Below are positions 39,363 through 45,650 of a stretch of DNA of 64,000 bases, piece after piece. The notes beneath the pieces were generated by a model that saw only the letters and a list, made by a program, of their open reading frames with translations, was not told the DNA's origin and made no database searches. The position numbers were made by a program, and so were the translations under genes. Location: IMG/VR virus record IMGVR_UViG_2061766007_000180. One strand, 5' to 3'. Numbering within the stretch: the first letter of the stretch is position 1; the number at the start of each line of letters is the position of its first letter. This DNA is from an uncultured virus (IMG/VR IMGVR_UViG_2061766007_000180) (taxonomy: Duplodnaviria > Heunggongvirae > Uroviricota > Caudoviricetes).

Positions 39363-39692
39363 TGGTGGAGAAGACGGGAGTCGAACCCGTTTCCGGAACG
39401 GTCCTTCGGAACGCTTTCTACGACAGTTTCCTACGGAAGTTTAACCTCTCACCCCAATAGGAATCGGATGACAGGCGAGAATCCTCGTTTGAGATCCTTC
39501 GGGCGAGGAGACGAGACCCTCGGAAATGCCAGATAAAGAGTGCCCTACTCGGACCTTATCTGGCGTGTGGTTCTTTCGGGTGGCTCATGCGGCCATTCTG
39601 TAGCTGTTGCCAGTTACTGTTCTTGAACTTACGGCTTCCGCCGTGTCGCTGCGCTCGTGGGACTTGGTTCCGTCGAATGCCGGAACTTCCCC
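39363..39692 (-). ncRNA. ssrA: tmRNA, predicted tag (A)GNSYRMAA
   Basis: GGGGAAG...ATTCGACG 5' end; GGTTCGACTCCCGTCTTCTCCACCA 3' end; G3:U70; TAACT-GGC resume; tag ORF 39611-39585. Confidence 0.92.
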
Positions 39693-39705
39693 TCAAAATC
39701 ATTGG

Positions 39706-40686
39706 TTATTGATGATCAAACCACCATAAAAATTGTTTGATCTTAAACTTCATCCTTTTCTTTCCAACATTATTGTTTATGTTGTTCCAGGCAATTCTAT
39801 AAATGATATATCCATTTTCACGGAGTATTCTATCACGTTTTCTGTCATTTTGTATCCTGTCTGAATATGTATGTTGTTTTCCGTCAATTTCAAGATTTAT
39901 AAGTTTTCCATTCTTTTTTATCAAGAAATCTAAGAAATACCCAAATACTGGAGTCTCACGATTGAATGAAATTCCATTATTATCTAGAACCCTAGTCCAA
40001 AATTTCTCTGGATATGATGTAATATTACGAGATATCCAGCCTTTGTGAGTTCCAGTTAGAACTCTTTGTTGTTGGGCATCTCTCAATCGTTGGCGTGTTT
40101 TTTCTGAAATAATACGTTTCCCAGATTTTGTGTATAACTGATAATGATGTTTGTTTAGTCTGTCACAACATTCGTAACAGTATGCTTTGTTTAGTGTTTT
40201 AATCCAGATTGTTTTTCCACAAGAGGAACATTTAGACATATATGGACGAGGTGATGTTTTTTGTTTGCTGTTTTTTCTGTCTTTTCTAGAATATCCCCAT
40301 TTTTTCAAATAGCATTTGTCACAAAGGGTTTTGTGGGTTGAACATCCAACGTGTATAAATTCTTTTCCACATTCTGGGCAAATGTGCTTTCTGGGTTTTG
40401 ATGTGGATAATGACGTTTTTATTTTTGATTCTTTTGTGCGAATATGTGAATTTGCATGTTCTCGACAACAGAATTGTGGTATTCTATAGTTCATTTTAAA
40501 GTGGCGGATTTTTAGCCTCTTTATAAATTTCTTTCCACATTTCTTACAAATTATTGTAAAATTTTCATATGCTTCATCTGGATCTTTTTTTAAAAATTTT
40601 TTTCTGTGTTCTGGTATATGTTCTTCTGAACATCTCTCGTTTTCTTCTGAATTGGGGAGTTTTAATGAAACGTCTTCATCTATCAT
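39706..40686 (-). CDS. Zn-finger / DUF559 (Vsr-like) homing endonuclease
   Basis: Several CxxC; SYPEK; YFLDF...LEIDGKQH...DRKRD..L...GY...RI.W; very AT-rich. Confidence 0.85.
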   Translation of the reverse strand: MIDEDVSLKLPNSEENERCSEEHIPEHRKKFLKKDPDEAYENFTIICKKCGKKFIKRLKIRHFKMNYRIPQFCCREHANSHIRTKESKIKTSLSTSKPRKHICPECGKEFIHVGCSTHKTLCDKCYLKKWGYSRKDRKNSKQKTSPRPYMSKCSSCGKTIWIKTLNKAYCYECCDRLNKHHYQLYTKSGKRIISEKTRQRLRDAQQQRVLTGTHKGWISRNITSYPEKFWTRVLDNNGISFNRETPVFGYFLDFLIKKNGKLINLEIDGKQHTYSDRIQNDRKRDRILRENGYIIYRIAWNNINNNVGKKRMKFKIKQFLWWFDHQ

Positions 40687-40808
40687 GGTTTTACCTTTAG
40701 TTTTATGTCGTTGTTCCACCAACGACATTTATACTTACAGTATTGTAAGAAAATCTGCTTCCATTCTTATGTTGGGTGGAACCATGATAGAATGGAAGCA
40801 GGGAAAAA

Positions 40809-40880
40809 TCGGGGAACCCGGAAGTCGCACCGGGGCCTTCTCGTCCCAAGCGAGGCGTGCTGCTCTTATACCATTCCCCG
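40809..40880 (-). tRNA. tRNA-Pro(TGG), CCA not encoded
   Basis: CGGGGAA/TTCCCCG-A; loop CTTGGGA; T-loop TGCGACT. Confidence 0.85.
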
Positions 40881-40902
40881 TAATCGTATCGAATTTTTCA
40901 AA

Positions 40903-41037
40903 GGTTGCGCCGGTCCGGATTTCCGGAGACAGAGCTGGCCAGATTGCATCTCCCCGGCATCTTTCCGGAAAGGACGGTTCCGGATGCGCTTTCCGGAAAG
41001 GTCTTCCTCGGAACGTTCTGGTTTGAACTACGGCAAA
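40903..41037 (-). ncRNA. tRNA-derived RNA with expanded arms
   Basis: GCCG-TA-GTTC-AAACCA-GAAC D-arm start; ends TCCGG-AAAT-CCGGA-CCGGCGCAACC. Confidence 0.4.
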
Positions 41038-41113
41038 TGGCGACCCGGCCAGAACTCGAATCTGGAAATAATCCTTAGGGGGGATTCGTGATATCCGATT
41101 TCACCACAGGGTC
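41038..41113 (-). tRNA. tRNA-Arg(CCT), C33
   Basis: GACCCTG/CCGGGTC-G-CCA; AATCC-CCCCTAA-GGATT. Confidence 0.85.
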
Positions 41114-41181
41114 TTTCGAAAGGGTGACATGTGGCAAGTTTACGGAAAGTTGCCGGATGTCGTGTTTTGAGACCGGAAGAT

Positions 41182-41264
41182 TTGCAAGGGATAGATTCGA
41201 ACTATCGAAGCCCGAAGGCAACGGGTTTACAGCCCGTCCTCGTTGACCACTTGAGTACCTTGCA
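41182..41264 (-). tRNA. tRNA-Tyr(GTA)
   Basis: TGCAAGG/CCTTGCA-A; ACGGG-CTGTAAA-CCCGT; long variable arm. Confidence 0.9.
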
Positions 41265-41273
41265 TTGAAAAAG

Positions 41274-41399
41274 GAAGGCGAGACGTAACATAGGCGCTCT
41301 AAGTGCTGAGCTACGGACCCGGAAATGGCGGGTCCGGCAGGAATTCCACCTGCGACCTCCTCCTTAACAAGGGATTAAGAGGAACGTCTTTGTGCCTTC
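41274..41399 (-). ncRNA. Circularly permuted tRNA-Asn(GTT)-like gene
   Basis: 3' half (41372-41326, ends CGGACCC-G-CCA) precedes 5' half (41320-41292, GGGTCCG...); complementary leader and trailer. Confidence 0.65.
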
Positions 41400-41403
41400 G
41401 AAA

Positions 41404-41541
41404 TGGAGCAAGATGCCGAACTCGCATCGGCGTAAACTACCTTTGGTCGTGGAACTTGGATTTGAACCAGGATTTCCTCGTGGTGTTCTACTTGAACTAT
41501 TCCACGGGAAGGGTAGCGCATGACTTCTCTGCCAACCTTGC
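41404..41541 (-). tRNA. tRNA-Gly(TCC) interrupted at 36/37 by a tRNA-like insert
   Basis: GCAAGGT/ATCTTGC-T-CCA; CTACC-CTTCC|insert|AA-GGTAG. Confidence 0.85.
41444..41506 (-). ncRNA. 63-nt tRNA-like element lacking a normal anticodon arm, nested in tRNA-Gly
   Basis: CGTGGAA/TTCCACG-A-CCA; GTTC/GAAC D stem; stub CC-ACGA-GG; TTCAAAT T-loop. Confidence 0.85.
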
Positions 41542-41650
41542 GTTTTGAAACCGTTGAACTATCGGCCCGTTGAAAAAGCAGATGCCGCAACCGGATTTCG
41601 CCAACAACGGCATCGGATTCTCTGCCTACAACATGGTAGGAGAGACTAAA

Positions 41651-41673
41651 TGGTACCTAGACTGGGACTTGAA
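41651..41673 (-). tRNA. 3' fragment of the split tRNA-Lys(TTT)
   Basis: TTCAAGT-CCCAG-TCTAGGT-A-CCA pairs (6/7) with ACCTTGA at 43284-43278. Confidence 0.7.
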
Positions 41674-43169
41674 TGTACTCATGAACATAAACTCCGTAAA
41701 GAAGTTTCGGAAATGCCAACGTTGGACTTTCTGTTCCTGAGCTGAAACCACCTCTCGTCTCCTCGAAGTGGAACCCTGTACATCATTCCAGAGTTTTTGA
41801 AGAAGGAATGCATCTCCTTCCAGGATCCGAAGCTCTCTTCCGTCCCAAATTCTTCCAACGACTTGGAGACGGCCTCGGCGAACCTCGGCATCCTGGGGAA
41901 TACGACGTTCCCCAAGCTTGAAATATTCCTGTCTACAAACTGCCTTCTGAACTCGTACCCCCTGCGGCCGATCTCGATCGACGCGTTGACCATGTCGGGA
42001 GCCCCGTGCCTCCTGAAGAGGATGTTTCCCACGAACGACGAGTAGGCCGCCGCGATCTCCTGAAAGTGGATTCCGGCTATCACACATCTTTTTCTCAGAT
42101 TGTCGACGAGCTTCTTCCTGAGCCACCTGTTGTTCCGGATCTTGTTCTGGTATTTCCCAAGCCCGGAATTCCCCGACCTCATGTCGAGGCTTTCCGCGGC
42201 GAAGGTCTCACACTGGAAGTACCTGGCCTTGTCGACGAGGTTTTTCGCGACCTCGAACGTCTCATGCCGCAACTTGTCGGCGGCGTATTTCCTTTTCTTG
42301 TCGGACGACGGGATCCCAAGCCTCCTCAAGGCCCATTCCCGGTCGTTCAGGTTCTTGAACGAATATACGCCGCTCTTCACGATCCGGTAGTCGTTCTCAT
42401 CCTTCCAGTCGACGACCGACCACCCAACGTAGTTCGGGTTCATGTCTATCGCCATGACCCGACTCTTGATCTGCTCGGTTCGGCGGACGCCGAACACGTC
42501 CTTCTCGTCGAATGTGATGTAGAGATGGTCCAACCCGAGCCTGAATGTCACCGGAGCCCGTTTTCCGACCTGGATCTCATGGAGTTTCTTCAGGATCTTC
42601 CTGATGTTCTTCCGGTTTCCGTATTCGAGCTTTAGGTCGAACCTGACGTCCCTGGAGGGCTGGAACAGGATATTGTCAAGGTCCTTCTGGATCCGGAAGT
42701 TCCTGTTTCCGTGATGTTCCCGGTCTCCGATGCAGTAGAACGGACTCAACCTCGCAAGCCTGAATTCCTCTCTCGTGATCCTCTTCCTGCATCTGGAAAC
42801 GAAGTTCTTCTTCCCTCCGAAGACGACCTTGTCGTTTAATGTGATGAGCTGAGTTGCTTCCTTGAACGCACAATGGAGAGTCCATTTCGAGATCATATGA
42901 AGGTTTTGAAGTTCTTCTGCCAGTTTCGTGGTTTCCTTCTCTCCAAGACCTTCCTTGACCCGATTGTAGACAAAATGCAGACAGTTGGAATATTGGCGAA
43001 GATGGGAAACCACGATTTCCTTCTCTTCGTCTGTCTCAACTGAATATCTGAGTTTTATCGTTTGCATTAGTCTTGTTGTTATTTACTACGGAAAGGTTCT
43101 GGAACTTTAATTGATTGTGTAATATTGTACACAATTTATGATTTTTAAGGTACTTTATTATTTTAAAAC
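41674..43169 (-). mobile_element. TnpB-only element inserted in tRNA-Lys
   Basis: Bounded by the two parts of tRNA-Lys; no transposase; AT-rich left end. Confidence 0.7.
41679..43067 (-). CDS. tnpB: TnpB-family RNA-guided endonuclease (no Zn-finger)
   Basis: RuvC-I AIDMNP, RuvC-II AAESL, AYSSFVGN, RuvC-III PDMVNASIEI. Confidence 0.85.
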   Translation of the reverse strand: MQTIKLRYSVETDEEKEIVVSHLRQYSNCLHFVYNRVKEGLGEKETTKLAEELQNLHMISKWTLHCAFKEATQLITLNDKVVFGGKKNFVSRCRKRITREEFRLARLSPFYCIGDREHHGNRNFRIQKDLDNILFQPSRDVRFDLKLEYGNRKNIRKILKKLHEIQVGKRAPVTFRLGLDHLYITFDEKDVFGVRRTEQIKSRVMAIDMNPNYVGWSVVDWKDENDYRIVKSGVYSFKNLNDREWALRRLGIPSSDKKRKYAADKLRHETFEVAKNLVDKARYFQCETFAAESLDMRSGNSGLGKYQNKIRNNRWLRKKLVDNLRKRCVIAGIHFQEIAAAYSSFVGNILFRRHGAPDMVNASIEIGRRGYEFRRQFVDRNISSLGNVVFPRMPRFAEAVSKSLEEFGTEESFGSWKEMHSFFKNSGMMYRVPLRGDERWFQLRNRKSNVGISETSLRSLCS

Positions 43170-43284
43170 AACCCACAGATTATGGACGTCACTGGGTGAA
43201 TTGCACACCCGCCTCCATTACTGGTGTTCTCTTTAGAAACTAAGTGACGAAAGTCTGTTGCTCTGCCAATTGAGCTATCAAGGT
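43170..43284 (-). tRNA. 5' part of tRNA-Lys(TTT), interrupted at 35/36 by a tRNA-like insert and then by the TnpB element
   Basis: ACCTTGA-TA-GCTC...GAGC-A-ACAGA-CTTT|insert|TAA-TCTGT-GGGTT. Confidence 0.8.
43183..43249 (-). ncRNA. 67-nt tRNA-like element with GNRA-capped stub instead of an anticodon arm, nested in tRNA-Lys
   Basis: CGTCACT/AGTGACG-T-CCA; CCA-GTAA-TGG stub; GGGTG-TGCAATT-CACCC. Confidence 0.85.
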
Positions 43285-43293
43285 GTTGAAGGG

Positions 43294-43464
43294 CTCGTGT
43301 GGGAAGACTCGAACTTCCAAACCTTTCGGCGGCAGATTATGGAGGAATGAAATGGATTCGAACCATTACCCCATGCCGAGGACCTAGTTAACCTCCAGAC
43401 AATGTATGCAACCTCTACACCATCATTCCACAGTCTGCTGCGGCTACCATTTCGCCACACACGA
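43294..43464 (-). tRNA. tRNA-Asn(GTT), long variable arm, interrupted at 35/36 by a tRNA-like insert
   Basis: TCGTGTG/CACACGA-G; GCAGA-CTGT|insert|TAA-TCTGC; GGAAG-TTCGAGT-CTTCC. Confidence 0.85.
43340..43429 (-). ncRNA. 90-nt tRNA-like element with elongated aberrant anticodon arm, nested in tRNA-Asn
   Basis: GGAATGA/TCATTCC-T-CCA; AATGG-TTCGAAT-CCATT. Confidence 0.85.
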
Positions 43465-43587
43465 TCAAAGCGCGAGGGTTTTTCTGGGGAGCCGTAACCT
43501 GAAACGGTCCTTGAGGCGAATTGCCCCCTGCCGGACTGAACGCCGCATGCTGCGCAATCCCAACCCACAAAGCAGTTCAAGAAGAAA

Positions 43588-43739
43588 TGGAGCGAGGGTC
43601 CCGATTCGGATTTCGTACGCTAGCATCCTACTTTCCGCGTCCTATGACAGGCCGGGCACGTGTTTTGGTCCCGAATCCGCCTCCGGCTCGACTAACCCGG
43701 CTCGCAACGGACTGGCTGTCCGTACGTCCGGCCCCTCGC
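43588..43739 (-). ncRNA. 152-nt RNA closed by a tRNA-like acceptor stem with U-CCA
   Basis: GCGAGGG/CCCTCGC-T-CCA; internal GATTCGG/CCGAATC; no T arm. Confidence 0.55.
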
Positions 43740-43764
43740 AATGACACACCGGAGTTGAGAAAAA

Positions 43765-43923
43765 GGAGCGGATCCGCCGACTGGAACCCCTTTCGAGGCC
43801 CCGAAGAGCTTTCTCCGGATGTTGGGTATTCCATTTTCCGGGAAGAGTCTTCTTCCTCGGAGTTTCTTTCGGGTGTCCCTATATCGGTGGAACACATCAG
43901 GTTTGACTCCCTGTCGGATCTGC
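43765..43923 (-). ncRNA. Structured ncRNA of unknown class (weakly 6S-like)
   Basis: GCAGATCCG/CGGATCCGC terminal stem; CCTGATGTGTTC motif. Confidence 0.4.
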
Positions 43924-43934
43924 TGAGATGAAAC

Positions 43935-44009
43935 TGGAGCTGGGTGGGAATTCCGAGATCCCATCGTCTTTCTTACAAGGAAAGTGCCTATCCGTTCGGC
44001 CAACCCAGC
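43935..44009 (-). tRNA. tRNA-Thr(TGT), aberrant T-loop
   Basis: GCTGGGT/ACCCAGC-T-CCA; CTTTC-CTTGTAA-GAAAG. Confidence 0.85.
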
Positions 44010-44013
44010 AAAA

Positions 44014-44088
44014 TGGTTCCGACGGAGGGTATCGATCCCACCTGACCCGTCTTAAAAGGACGGTACCTATCCTCTCGGTCACGTCGGA
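44014..44088 (-). tRNA. tRNA-Lys(TTT), uninterrupted
   Basis: TCCGACG/CGTCGGA-A-CCA; CCGTC-CTTTTAA-GACGG. Confidence 0.88.
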
Positions 44089-44094
44089 TCAAAT

Positions 44095-44169
44095 CGTTCC
44101 TGGAGGGACTTGAACCCCCAAAATCCTCCGTGAAAGGGAGGTGGCTATAACCAGTTTGCCTACAGGAAC
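44095..44169 (-). tRNA. tRNA-Glu(TTC), CCA not encoded
   Basis: GTTCCTG/CAGGAAC-G; CCTCC-CTTTCAC-GGAGG. Confidence 0.9.
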
Positions 44170-44341
44170 AAAGACGTTTCGGAACGCACCGGCCCGTACA
44201 CTAAACGGCGTCACGCGTCGGATCCCTCGGCTATGTTAGGCTCTTGAACGGCACGTCTGCTTCCGGAAATCGACCGTCGTCGGAACCGGAAATCGCCGAA
44301 CACCTCAAGCGGATCCGCTCTTCTGTTAGTATTCCATGAAA

Positions 44342-44417
44342 TGGTAGCGGGAGTAGGGCTCGAACCTACGACCTCCGGGGTATGAACCCGACAAGCTGCC
44401 AACTGCTCCATCCCGCT
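44342..44417 (-). tRNA. Initiator-type tRNA-Met(CAT)
   Basis: AGCGGGA/TCCCGCT-A-CCA; TGGAGCAG D arm; three G-C pairs closing loop TTCATAC. Confidence 0.9.
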
Positions 44418-44424
44418 GAAATCG

Positions 44425-44964
44425 TCATTGGTAATTCGGATCCGCCTGTATCACCCCAAACCGGTGGAAGTATTCCAACGGTCTCATTTTTCTGACTTTG
44501 GTCTCTCCCTTGCGCGGCACGTAGAATCCCCACTTGTGCCGCGGCCGTCCTTCAAGAAGAAGAGTCCACGCTCCGAATTCCGAGATGTTCAGAAAATGTC
44601 TTTGCTCGGCCTTTGAGAACCATATCGACCGTCCCAGGTTCCATGATGGCTTGTGCGTTTCCGAACCAAACAGGCCAATGACCTCGCAGAACCTCTTGTT
44701 GTTCCCAGACGGCGGCAGCTCCGGATCCAGAGGCACCGTGTTCCAGTACCGGCCCCAGATCACCACGCTTATGAAATTCGCAGCATGGTCGTGGAAATAC
44801 CTTCTGTCGTCCGATCTCAGCCAATGGTGGAGTCGTATTGTGAATCCGAATATCACCAATGTCCATCTGACGAGGTATGGATTTCTCGGATCCCCCAGTT
44901 TCTCCGCCCATCTCACCTGAAACAACTTTCCGAACGGTCTAGTGTCCGACGAACCTGTTGACAT
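44425..44964 (-). CDS. Conserved phage protein, cupin-like
   Basis: PYLVRW...IRLHH.LRSD...HDH...F.S; WGF; AAAGGAG RBS. Confidence 0.75.
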   Translation of the reverse strand: MSTGSSDTRPFGKLFQVRWAEKLGDPRNPYLVRWTLVIFGFTIRLHHWLRSDDRRYFHDHAANFISVVIWGRYWNTVPLDPELPPSGNNKRFCEVIGLFGSETHKPSWNLGRSIWFSKAEQRHFLNISEFGAWTLLLEGRPRHKWGFYVPRKGETKVRKMRPLEYFHRFGVIQADPNYQ

Positions 44965-44989
44965 GACAGTCTCCTTTGTGGTTGTTAAA

Positions 44990-45167
44990 TGGTCAGGTTG
45001 GTTGGATTCGAACCTCAAGGGATCCGATCAACGATCCCCTGGAGCCAGCGTGGGGGTTTCCACATCTTAAAGCTCTCACCATCCTCTCCGCGTAAACTCG
45101 CGTTCGTTATCCATGGATTCGAACATTTGAGCATTGGAGCGTGCTTCCCTATTACACCATCAACCCG
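44990..45167 (-). ncRNA. tRNA-like RNA with about 100-nt insertion in place of the anticodon arm
   Basis: CGGGTTG/CAACCTG-A-CCA; TGGTGTAATAGGGAAGCAC D arm; GGTTCGAATCC T arm. Confidence 0.6.
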
Positions 45168-45181
45168 TTGGATTTAAAGTT

Positions 45182-45254
45182 TGGACACGTGCGGATTCGA
45201 ACCGCGAACTTCTCGGTGCAAACGAGATGTGATACCAGATTTCACCACCGGCCC
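45182..45254 (-). tRNA. tRNA-Ala(TGC), acceptor mismatches
   Basis: TCTCG-TTTGCAC-CGAGA; G3:U70; GCGG-TTCGAAT-CCGC. Confidence 0.75.
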
Positions 45255-45650
45255 TTGAAATCACAGGCCGTCTCCGCTCAGGCGAGGGGTAGAGACTTGG
45301 GAGACGGCCGGTGGGGCTTTCGCCCCGATCTATTCGTAAATGAATAGGAACCCCATGTGCCATGCTTAAATCGAGAAGTCTCCGGAGCCGCTTTTCCGCC
45401 TGCCAAAGAAAGGAGTAAACAAAACAGGCCGTTCCACCTGGGGAGAGGTCCACCTCCCGGACGGAGACAAGGCGGAGGATAGGGGGAGAAAGGAAAGAAA
45501 ACCCCAGGCCCTCCGCACATCGTGACACCCGAAAAAGATAGGCCCGCCAAACAGGCCCTTCCACTTTTCGGGTCCGCGCTCGGCCAAACACCTGTTTAAG
45601 GTCGCCGAGCCGACCTCCGGAGAATTCCACTCCGGAAAATTCAAACCGCC

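Noticed and set aside
41600..43200. TnpB-like ORF as a Cas12/Cas14 effector with a CRISPR array
   Set aside because: No repeat-spacer array or cas genes nearby; the flanks are the two parts of a tRNA.
41444..43429. Nested tRNA inserts as group I/II or BHB introns
   Set aside because: At 63-90 nt they are too short, fold as tRNA mimics, end in CCA, and show no bulge-helix-bulge.
43470..43580. Spacer as a 6S-like RNA
   Set aside because: Only vague resemblance; no convincing long helix found by eye.
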